From Eledone cirrhosa (lineage: Eukaryota), in NCBI GenBank assembly GCA_964016885.1, contig OZ024743.1:50468001-50532000 (forward strand): a stretch of DNA of 64,000 nt, read 5' to 3'. The notes beneath the pieces were generated by a model. It searched no databases and was not told where the DNA came from. It saw only the letters and a program-made list of their open reading frames with translations. Below are positions 32,506-43,190 of this stretch, piece after piece (the stretch's first letter is position 1; every line of letters starts with the position of its first letter). A program made the position numbers and the translations under genes.

Positions 32506-32793
32506 CTACTAATAATGATTTCATTTATTGGCCACAAGGGCCGACATATAGGGGATAATACAAAAGACTGGGACAGTGGGGTTTTACAGAAAAATCGAGT
32601 AAACAATATGAATAACAATAACAAAGTAACAATAACAAAGTAACAAGAAAGTAACAAGAAAATTACAAGAAAAAATTCCCCAATAGGGGGGATGACCACC
32701 TAAGGTTCGCTCAGGTACCCCACCAGTCCTGAACGACCCGACGCTTCGAGAGTACCCTGGAAGGGCACCCCTCTCCTCATCAAATTTACCTAC

Positions 32794-35700
32794 CTACAGC
32801 CGCATGACCAGAGTAGGCCCACTCACACGGGCCATTCTCGCCACATTCACCCACCTTTCAGCAAATGTACTGGGGGCAGCACTTCTCTCTCCACCCTCAC
32901 CTTCCTTTCCAAGTGAAACTTGAAAAAGTTGATGAGGGATTGGCCGAAGAGAAAAGTGTCCACCATACAACCTCTTTCGCTACTGCCACCAGACAGAGGA
33001 AAATTGACTGCCCTTCCTGTCCAAAAGAAGCCGGCGAGTCGATCTTCACTATGGACTCGGCCGATATCCGGATCCGTTCTACACGCCACAACAGCTGTTC
33101 AACATAACTCCACAAGTCAGTAATGCACGGACACTGGACGAGTGCGTGCAGAACGGTTTCGTCGCTCTGCGCGCATCTCGGGCAGGTCCGTCTGACAGCA
33201 CTTCCGTGCCTGTGGAGTTTATCTCGAACCGGCAGTGACCCCCGGTAGCACTGCCAAGCGAGGGATTTTTGGAAATTATCCATCGTCCTCGGCTCGAAAG
33301 TCTTCCGGTACAGACTGGTTAGTTCGACTTCGTCGACTCCCAGAGCCTCTCTGAGTGCGTCGTCGCACTTGCCCACCACTAATCCTCTATAGAACTCGAG
33401 AGTGGAAGTTCCACTGTCCGCATTTCCCGCCTGGTAGAGGGCAGTGAGTGCCTGGCAACATTCCAGATGCCAGTCATCCAGTCTCAGTCTCTTCTTAACC
33501 CAGGACTGCAGCTCAGTCAAAGAAACGAGCCGCGGAAAGGCCCGTCTGGCAAACGGCGACCACACCTGTTCACCGTTTAGGCAGAATATCTGGAGATGCC
33601 GCAGCCTCAGCACGTGTCTGAGCATCATTAGCCACGGCATGCCCAGCCCTCCACGTAGAGGGTGCTGGCAGCAGATGGACCGCCTCCACAAGAATTTGAA
33701 GAGGACCCGCTCCAAGATGGCGAGGCGCGAACGGGGGCAAGGGACGACTGTCAGACGACAGTAGATGACGGACACGATGTACGCGTTCGCCACCTCCACC
33801 CGACCTTTCAGTGATAGCTTCCTCCCAGCCCATTTCTGGGTGAGACTGGCCATCCTGCCTGTCACCTCGTCCCAATTCTTATCCACCTGGAGGTCTGGCC
33901 CGAACCAAACCCCGAGCAACTTTACCGGTCCGTCCGTCCAGCGCCTAACGACGCTGTTAGACGGCATGGATTTGCCTCTTCAGGTGCCGAGTTGCAAGCC
34001 TACCGACTTTTCCGGGTTAAGTTTTGCTCCCGTCAACCTTTCATATTTCTCCAATAAGTTGCCGACCACCTTGATTTCTGAGGTGTCCGAGACCATCACG
34101 GTGATGTCGTCTGCATAAGCCGACACAGCCTTTCCGCGTCCCGGTTCGAGCGGGATGCCCTGCAACAGCTCCAGCTTCCGCAGTAATACGAGAGTCAATA
34201 CGTACAGAAGAGAGGAGAGAGGGCACCCTTGACCGACCGATCGGGAGACCTGAAACGGTTCCGAGAGGTGGCCATTAATTTTGACCACCGAGCAGGTGCC
34301 GCTGTGCATTGCAGCGATCCAGCTTCTGAAGACGGGGCCGAAGCCAGCCGCCTTGAGGACAGCCTCCAGGTACCGATGGTCGACCCTATCGAATGCTTTC
34401 GATTGATCTAAATTGATCAGAGCCCCACCGAAGTCAGGTTTACACCCCACCCTCTCTATGACGTATTGCATTAGGTGGAGGTTGTCGTGTATGGACCTGG
34501 TTGGGATTGCGCAAGTTTGCGCCTCGCCAACCAAATCCCCGACGACAAGCGCCAACCTCTTCGCTAACACCCTGGCCAAAATCTTAAACTCTGTGTTGAG
34601 CAGAGTTATGGGCCTGCAATTGTCTAATGTGTCCCTCTTGTTCTCGTCTTTTCTTATCAGCATCACTACGCCCCGGCTCACAGAACTGGGAATACTCCCG
34701 TTTTGCTGCCAGTTGCAGAAGAGGGCTTCGAGGAGATTGGAGAACAAGTCTGGCATGTTTACGTAAAGATCGTATGGCAGACCATCCAAACCGGGTGACT
34801 TGCGCCTCATGCAGCCGACAAGGGCATCATGAATCTCGACTGATGTAATTGGCCTTTCGCAGCGCCCAGCGTCAGCCGTGGAGAGTTACGGCAAGCCATC
34901 GAGGTAGGGACTGAAGTCCGCCACCGTCTCTGACCCGCCACTTCCCCCGAACAACCGAGCAAAATGTTGGCGAAAGGCCTCACACATCCGCTTGGAATTG
35001 CTCAGCTCGTATCCGTCTCGGTCCGTCAAAGACCGAATCGTGGTTTTATTACCACGCTGCGCCTCTGCCACGCGGGCCCATCAAACAGCTTTGGTTCCCT
35101 CGTTTCTCAGAGCACGCGCCCTAGCTCTGACAATGCAACCTTCGTGTTTCGCATTGAAGAAATGGTCTAATGCCATTCTCGCCGCTAGCACGTCAGCGGC
35201 AATGCCACTACCAATAGCCTCGTCTAACTTATCTACCAACTGCCCCTCCTTTCTATTTTTCTCTAACGCTACTTCTTTGCTAAACTCTATCGACATTACT
35301 CTAATCTCTCTTTTGAGAGCCCCCCCCCCCCCCCCCCACTATCTGTTGTTGACGACTCCGCCCTGTCAACTTTTTCTTAACTAAATTGTTGACCTGGTCC
35401 CTGTAAGCCTTACGTGCCGGAAATGACATGTTTAGATTCCAGTAACCAGGTCCTAACCTACGCGTTTTATCTAGGTCGACCATACAGATCACAAACTTTT
35501 GATCTGAATAGGCGACTGTTTTAAAACGTGGACAGCTTACTCTTTTTCTGGAACTGGCTGATCAGGTTCTTGAGGCTTTTGCACCCACCCCCACCCCCCG
35601 CTCCTATCGGATACTCCCACACAGTCCCAGTGTGCGTCTAAGATGCCGTTCCAGTCCCCCGCTAACAGTAATGAGCGAGACGTACCCAGAAAGGCTTCCA

Positions 35701-36075
35701 GGCGGCTAAAGAAGTCCGGCCGTCCTTCCCCTGTAGGGGCATAGACGGCCACCAGTCTAAAGGCACCACCTTCGTTATTGTTCACGTCCAGGACCACCAA
35801 CTTCCCGTCCAGGTCCCGAAAGATCGACCTTACCTCGAGATCCAGGCCTTTCCTAAACAGCACTGCCACCCCGCCTCCATTCCCGGCCGGCTAACAGACG
35901 CAAAGATCTGATAGTCGTCGAAAATGGGGGTTAGTGCGCGCGTGTCGGAAATCCTGGTCTCGCTGACGGCAATTACATCCATTTCTAGAGACCTGAGGTC
36001 GTTGAGCAGGTGACCCTGCTTCCAGGATGATCCCAGGCCTCGAACATTTAAACTTCCTACTCTTAATACAGCCAT
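32794..36075 (-). pseudogene. Tx1-type ORF2 (APE endonuclease, RT, C-terminal zinc finger), frameshifts and stops
   Basis: Fragments MAVLRVGSLNVRGL..VAVSET, LAGDWN, PGLDG, LDQSKAFDRVDH, GQGCPLS, AYADD and CPRC..ETVLHALVQC across several frames, collinear with intact ORF 56,177-59,596. Confidence 0.93.
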
Positions 36076-36107
36076 GTTGGCAGGTTAAAAAGAGAGAGAG
36101 AAAAGGT

Positions 36108-38101
36108 TTACTTACCTTCCGGGCTCTTGTGAAGGTGGGGTGATTCAACCTCCATAGTTGTGAGGTTTCTTTTGGGAACCCCTTTAAAAGTCTTGAGTGG
36201 GTTTTACGTTCGGGGTTCCCACCTCCCGAGGAAAGCTGTCTCGTATTTCTTTGTATAAATCGAGCGACATTTGCACCAGAAACAAATCTTCCGGCACGCG
36301 AAATGTGCTCGATTTAAGAATTTCCCCCTCATTTTGTATATTTTAACTTCGTGCTACGAGGGCCATCAGTTCCTTGTTGGCCCTCCTGGCGAGCACGAAG
36401 TTTTGTATGTTTTGTTGGTGTGATTTTATTTGTTTGCGTGGCTGTGGTGGTGATGGTTTTGGGGTGTTGTTTCGGTTGTGTCTGTGTTTGTTGTGAGTGC
36501 GGTGTCTGTGGTTTCTGATGTTTGTGTGTGTATTTGTTCTTGCGTCTGTTTAGGTTGTTTGCGTTTGGGGGATTCTGGTGATGGTGATGGTGGTGTTGAT
36601 GTTGGTGTTATTGGAGAGATGTTTGCGTGGGTGGTGTCTGCATTTTTTATTGTAGGTGATTTTGTGCTTTGTTGAGTTTTTTTTTTGTGTTTCTTTTTTG
36701 TATTTTGGGGGATTTGGGTTTTCCCTCATCTTCACTACTGGTAGATGAGGGGCCTGTATCTGTAAGTGTGTCTGTGTGTGTGTTTATGGTTTTATTGGTG
36801 TGTGTATTTTTGGGGTGGTCTTTTTGGGTGGTATTTTTTGGTGGTATTTTTGGTGGTGGTCTTTCTATTGGTGTTGTTGTTGGTAGTTTTGCCGGTGCTG
36901 GTGTTGGTTGTGGTCCTCGCCCCGGCGTCGGCAGCAGTGAAGCCTTTCGACCCCTTGCATATTTCAGCAGTTGAGGGCAGAAGGCTCGCAAATGGGTTTT
37001 TTCCCCACAAACAAAACAATGCGGCCTTTTGACTTCGGTCATAATATGAATGACCGTCCCATTCTGAAGGCGGATATGGTCCGGGATTGTCTTCACATTC
37101 TCGGGCCTGATCTGGAGAAGGATCTCCAGGTCAACCCCAGACCAGTCCTCTCTGGCCGTTCTGGTCACTTCTATCGGGACGGTATCCGTCCCCTCCACAA
37201 TCACACATCCCAGAAGCCACCACATGTCAAGTCCTGGTGGGATTCTGGGAATGCGGAGACGGGCCGTTCTTTTTCCCATGTGGGAGGGGTACATTATGTA
37301 CCCCTCCCACATGGGAAAAAGAACGGCCCGTCTTTTGCTGGTTTTACAAGGAGTCATAGCGTGTTTCATAGCGAGGGCTTCTGACTTGAACAGCACCGAA
37401 ATGGTGCCGTACTGTCTGACCCTCGCTATGTATTCGGTGTCTTCTCTGATGCACCTCAGCGCGACTTCGACATCTGCTTGTGGGATTAAAGCTGCCCTTT
37501 TGGTTTGTGCTGAGATGCATCTATAATGCACCGTTCTGCGCTCCACTGCCCCAATAGCTTCTACCGGGACAGTTAAGTTGGCCCAGGTTTGCTCTTGTTT
37601 GATGAGCTTCCAGGCTTGGGCCAACTTTTCATCTTTGTTTGAGAGGTCCATGTTGAAGCATGGCCTCTTTTTTGCTGCTGCCGCAGCGAAAGTGTTCTTC
37701 TTGTTGTCGTTGGGGGTGTTGTTGTCGTTGTCGTTGTTCTTGTTGGTGTTGTTGTTATCACTGTCGCTGTTATCATTGTTGTCTTTGGTGCCGCCGTTTT
37801 TCTCGGTGCAGTTGGTATTGTTGCTGTTGGTGTTGTCGCTATGTGTTTTCATGTTAGTGGTGTTGATATTGTTGTTACATTTGTCATTTTTTTTTTTTGT
37901 TATCTGTATTTTCGTTGTCGCTGTTACTGTCATTCTTTTCAAAATTAGAGTACTCATTGGTATCATTGGTTTCTTTGTTTACATTGTTTGTGGTGGTGTT
38001 TGTGTTATCAATTTGTGTTAATTTCGCCGTAGCGCTCCTCTCAACTTCTACGTCGTTGTCGCACGACAACAGACATATCGCTGGGGGAGTGGCTCAGCCA
38101 T
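36108..38101 (-). pseudogene. Tx1-type ORF1 (gag-like, zinc knuckle), frameshifted
   Basis: CFVCGEKTHLRAFC (CX2CX4HX4C), homologous to CFRCGSKTHLRAFC in copy D. Low-complexity N/T-rich N-terminus and P/T/K-rich C-terminus. Probable ATG at 38,101 after an A-rich leader; frameshifts at homopolymer runs. Confidence 0.85.
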
Positions 38102-38320
38102 GTTTTTTTTTTTGTTTTTGTTTTTTTCTCGATAAATTTTTAAAATGTAAAACAGTTCAAATATTTGGGCCAAAAGGCCCAAATATTATTCTTTCCCCTT
38201 CACAGGGCAAAGTCCAAGGGCTTGTATACCTTACACAACAACAAAAAATTCAATAAATCAGTTTTGATAGGTAAATAAGTGAACTTACGGAAGCGAGCAA
38301 AAAGACGTCCGTTCAGACTC

Positions 38321-38344
38321 AATAATAATAATAATAATAATAAT
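38321..38344. repeat. (AAT)8 joining the 5' end of copy A to the 3' end of copy B
   Basis: gactc|(aat)8|gatttctttattggcc. Confidence 0.97.
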
Positions 38345-41300
38345 GATTTCTTTATTGGCCACAAGGGCGGACATCAAGTAAAACATTACAGACTGTACAG
38401 GACGGTACAGGACGGTACGATGTGGGTTTTGTACGTGTAAAGGTTTTTATTATTTATATAAGAAAAGAAAAAAAAGACATAGAAACATATATATATATAT
38501 ATAAACAATAAAAATGAAAATTGAAACAATGAAAAATTCCCCAATAGGGGGGAAACCACACAAAAGACCACGGCCACCCTGACCACCAGGTCAAGCACCC
38601 TCTCTCAATTTTTCCATTTCTCAAACTACAGGCGTATATTCAGAGCGGTCCCGTTCACTCGGACCATTCTCGCTACATTCACCCACCTTTCAACAAACTT
38701 GCTAGAAGGCAGCACTTGCCTCTCCACCCTGATTTTCCTCTTCAAGTGAAACTTGAAAAAGTTAATTAGGGATTCGCCGAACAGGAAAGTGTCTGTCTTT
38801 AACCCTTTCAACCTTGTCCACCACACAATCTCTTTCGCCATGGCCACCAGGCAGATGAAAACCGCCTGCCCTTTCCCCTCGAAGGAAGACAGCGAGAACA
38901 TCTGCACAATGGACTCAGTCAATAACCGGATCAGTCCTACACGCGACAGCAACTGTTCGACATAGCTCCACAAGTCAGCAATGCTCGGGCACTGAACGAG
39001 TGCGTGCACGACGGTTTCGTCGCTCTGAGCGCATCTCGGACAGGCTCGGCTGACGGCACTTCCGTGCCTGTAGAGCTTATCTCGAACCGGCAACGCTCGC
39101 CGGTAGCACTGCCAGGCCAGGGATTTTTGGAAGTTATCCATAGGCCCTGGGCTGAAAGTTCTCCGGAAGAGAGCAAACAGCTGATTTTCTTCGACGCCCA
39201 GGATCTTTCCGAGAACGTCGTCGCTCTTCCCCTCCACTAGTCCTCTATAGAACGCCGAGGTGGATGTCCCCCGATACTGGTGCCCAGCTGGCAGAGGGTT
39301 GTGAGGGCCTGGAGATATTCCAGTTTCAAGCGCTATCCCTCGGTGTTTTCCTGACCCAGGACTGGAGATCCGTCAAGGAGACGAGCTGTGGGAAAACGTG
39401 TCTGGCGAACGGCGACTACACCTGTTCACCGTCAAGGTAGCACCAGAGATGTCGCAGTCTCAGCGCATGATTGCGCATCATCAGCCATGGCATGCCCAGT
39501 CCTCCACGCAACGGTTGTTGACATCAGATGGATCGTCTGATCATGGGAGCGCGTCCCTTCCACAAAAAGCGGAAGAGGAGGCGCTCCATTTTGGTGAGAG
39601 TTGGGCCGGGGCAAGGGACGACGGTGAGGCGCTAGCAGATGACGGATGCGATTAACACATTCGCCACCTCAGCCCGGCCTTTCAGGGACAGCTTCCTCTC
39701 GGCTCATTTCTGGGTGAGGAAGGCCACCTTGCTCGTCACCTCGCTCCAGTTTTCTCCATCTGGAGGTCCGGTCCGAACCAGACCCCGAGCAATTTAACCG
39801 GTCCGTCCGTCCAACGCCCCACGACGCTGTCGGACGGCATGGACTTTCCTCTCCAGGTGCCGAGCTGCAAGCCCACCGACTTTTCCTGGTTTATCTTTGC
39901 TCCTGTCACCGCTTTGTATTCCTTGAGAGCGGTGCCAAGCATCTGGACGTGTCTGGTGCTCGACACCACCACGGTGACGTCGTCGGCGTAAGCCGACTCG
40001 GATTTCCCGCATTCTAGTTCGCGTTGGGACGCCCCTCATCCCACCCATTTTATGCAGTAACGGCTCGAGAGCCAATACGTACAAGAGAGACGAGAGGGGA
40101 CAACCCTGGCGGACCGAGCGCATGATGCTGAACGGCTGCGACAGGTGACCGTTCACCCTCACAACTGAGCAGATGTCGCTGTACATCGTTGCGATCCAAC
40201 CTCTGAAAACGGGTCCGAAACCGGCTGCCAGGTACCGATGGTCGACCCTATCGAATGCTTTGGATTGATCCAAGTTAATCAGGGCCCCAACCTTGCCAGG
40301 TTCCTTAACCACCCTCTCTACAATGTATCGCATGAGGTGGAGGTTGTCGTGTATGGATCTGTCCGCAATGGCGCATATCTGCGCCTCTCCCACCAGACCC
40401 TTGAGCGCCAACCTCGTTGCTAACACCTTGGCCAAAATCTTGAACTCTGCGTTTAGCAGAGTTATGGGCCTGAAGTTATCGATAACATCCCCCTTGTTCG
40501 GGTCTTTTCTCAGGAGCGCCACCGCTCCCCGGCTCACAAAACTGGGAATGCTCCCGTTCTGCTGCCAGTTGCAGTAGACGTCTGCCAAGAGGTCACCGAA
40601 CAAGTCTGGCATAAATGCATAAAGCTCGTAGGGCAGACCATCCAAACCTAGTGCAGTTAGCCATCCCTTCCCGTATTTAACCGGCTGTTATTGGCTTTTC
40701 GCAACACTGTGCTGCGGTCGTCGAGAGCCGAGGCAGTCCGTCGAGGTATGCACTGAAGTCCATACACCGATCCGGCCCGCCGCTGCTCCCGAACAATTCA
40801 GAAAAGTGCTGCTGAAAAGCCTCACACATCTGCTCGGGTTCGAGCAACACGCACCCGTTTTGGTCAGACAGGGATCGAATTGTGGCTTTGTTGCCACGTC
40901 GCGCCTCTGCCACCCGGGTCCATTGGACGGCTTTCGTCCCCTCGTGTTTCAGAGCACGCGCTCTAGCTCTGACAATGCAGCCTTCGTGTTTTGCATTGAA
41001 GAATTGGTTGAGTGCCGATCTCGCCGCAAGCACGTCGGTTGCGATGCCTGTCCTAAACGCCTCTTCTAGCTTTCTGACTAGCTCTCCCTCTACTCTATTT
41101 TCCTCTATCGCTACTCCTTTGCTAAACCTAATCGACTCTACTTTAATTGCCCTTTTCAAGGCAAACCACTACCTGTTGTTGACGACCGCTCCCGTCAACG
41201 CCCGCTTAACTAATACGCTAATCCAGTCTCTGTAGGCTTTGCGCGCTGGGAAAGACGCGTTTAGCTTCCAGTAACCAGGCCCTTGTCTATGAAGTCTGTC

Positions 41301-42503
41301 TATGTCGATCTCACAGATCACAAATTTGTGGTCTGTGTAGTCGACTATTTTAAATTGTGGACAACCTATACGAGCCTTACCTAGTTCCCTGCAGAATACC
41401 CTATCGAGATACAATCTGGATGACCCGATGCGGTTTGACCATGGCCACATTGGCACATTCGGGTGATCCAGACGATACCTGTCAGACAGCTCAAAACTTC
41501 TGAGCAGGTTGGTGATGCTCTTTCACCCTCCTCGCCTATCCACTAGCCCCACACGATCCCAGCGTGCATCCAAGATACCGTTCCAGTCGCCCACTAACAC
41601 TAAAGAGCGGTACGTTCCCAGAAAGGTCTCTAGAGGTCTGAAGAAATCTGGCCGTCCTATCACTGTCGGGGCATAGATGGCTACTAGCCTGAAAGCGTTG
41701 CCTTCGGTGCTGTTCACGTCCAGCACCACCGACTTACCTTCTGGGTCCAGGAAGATGGTCCGTATGACGAGACCCAAGCCTTTCCGAAACAACACAGCTA
41801 CTCCGCCCCCGCTCCCGGGCGGCTCGGAGATGCGTACACCTCATACCGTCGAAGATCGGTGCGAAAGCTTGCGTTTCGGAGATTCTCGTCTAGCTGATGG
41901 CCACCACATCTATGTTTAGTGACCTGAGGTCGTTAAGCAACTGACCCTGCTTCCAAACCGAGCTCAAGCCGCGCACGTTTACACTTCCGATCCTGAATAC
42001 GGCCATGTTGGGTGAGAAACGGGGCAAGTGAGAAAGGATCACTTACCTTGATCGTCTGGTAAAGGGGCCGTTGAATCGTCCCTTCGGCTAGTCGTTGGCT
42101 CTTCAGTGAGTATATCCGAGTATACTCTCCGGTTGAGTGTCCCTCCTAGGTCTCTGAAATCAGCAACTGCGTTGGGGAATTTCATTTTAATGTTTGTGTA
42201 TTGTTTCTGTGATATTCTTATCAGTCTTATGTTCGTTGGTGTTTTGATTGGTGCTGGTATTATGTAGTCGTGCTGTGAAATGTCTGTGTGTTCAATTATG
42301 TAAGTTATTAGTTTCTTGTTGCGTGTATTTATTGCTGTGCACTTCTTTTTCTGGGGGTGGGGTGTGGTTCTGCTATTTTCTTGTCGTTGTTGCTGGGTGT
42401 GTGTGTTTTGTTGTTTGCGATGTTGGTGCTTGGCGACGGGGTTGCCGCCGGTGGTGATGGTAGTGCCAGTGTGGGTGGTGATGGTGTTGGTGCTGTTGCT
42501 GCA
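38345..42503 (-). mobile_element. L1/Tx1-type retrotransposon, copy B (5'-truncated within ORF1, decayed)
   Basis: Same 3' end (CCCTTGTGGCCAATAAAGAAATC). ORF2 fragments at 38,626-42,006 and an ORF1 C-terminal remnant at 42,039-42,503. Confidence 0.92.
38626..42006 (-). pseudogene. Tx1-type ORF2, disrupted
   Basis: LVGDWN, YTDHKFV, RPITLLNAEFKIL, LDQSKAFDRVDH, SVRQGCPLS and CPRC..HALVQC in broken frames. Confidence 0.92.
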
Positions 42504-42920
42504 GCAATTTCAATTTCACCAATACCAGAAACTTGATACACTACCTATCCCATCACACTAAATATAACAGCCAGATAACGGCAATTTCACCAGCATCATA
42601 ATAATAATTACTATTATTATTGTCTCAAATTTTAAAAAATGTTTAATTCAAATTTTACGGGAATATGTCAACACAAAATATAATAAAAATATATATTAAA
42701 CATACGAACACAAACTCATAGATACTATATCAGTAACCACAACACCACCGCTGCCACCACCCCACCACATCCATCATCGCCGCCACCATTCATTCAATGC
42801 TACTGACACTATTCCCCTGTTAACTTGAGAGAGAAAAGGGAAGGTGGCGGTAGCACTAGACAAGAGAGAGGCTAGCAAAAGATATAAATAGATTGACTTG
42901 GTGACCTTGCCACGGCCAAA
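42503..42920. repeat. Unclassified diverged repeat X (second copy at ~47,432-48,312)
   Basis: Shared blocks cagccagataacggcaatttcacca, aattactattattattgtctcaa, ggaatatgtcaacaca and ggaag(g/a)tggcggta(g/t)cactagacaa. Confidence 0.75.
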
Positions 42921-43051
42921 CGTCTACATCAACAATTATGGGACTGCTGGCTCACCCCTTCCTCACCAACAATATAAAAAGCCCCGGCACCACCACCGAC
43001 ATAGCCAACAACAATAACAGCCAACTACAACAAAAAGTATATTATATTATT

Positions 43052-43102
43052 GTAATGCACTGGGTGATTGCTGGCCTTGTGCCTGGAGTGGAGACAATTA
43101 TT
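43052..43102 (+). mobile_element. 3' fragment of SINE family 1
   Basis: gtaatgcactgggtgattgctggccttgtgcc..gagacaattatt matches the SINE 3' end. Confidence 0.65.
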
Positions 43103-43190
43103 AATAATTTCATTCTTAAGCCACGCAATGCTCACATTAAGGAACCACTCATGATAATAACAATTTAAAAAAAAACAACAAAAAGAAAAC

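Larger units (their letters stand above)
32517..38320 (-). mobile_element. L1/Tx1-type non-LTR retrotransposon, copy A (full-length, decayed)
   Basis: 5'UTR, ORF1 with CCHC knuckle, ORF2 APE-RT fragments, 3' end AATAAATGAAATC+ATTATT. The 5' end abuts (AAT)8 at 38,321. Confidence 0.93.

Noticed and set aside
32517-42503. HeT-A/TART-like telomeric head-to-tail array
   Set aside because: Only A and B are directly tandem. The cluster is interrupted by opposite-strand elements and other DNA, and ordinary sequence follows at 62 kb; there is no evidence of a chromosome end on that side.
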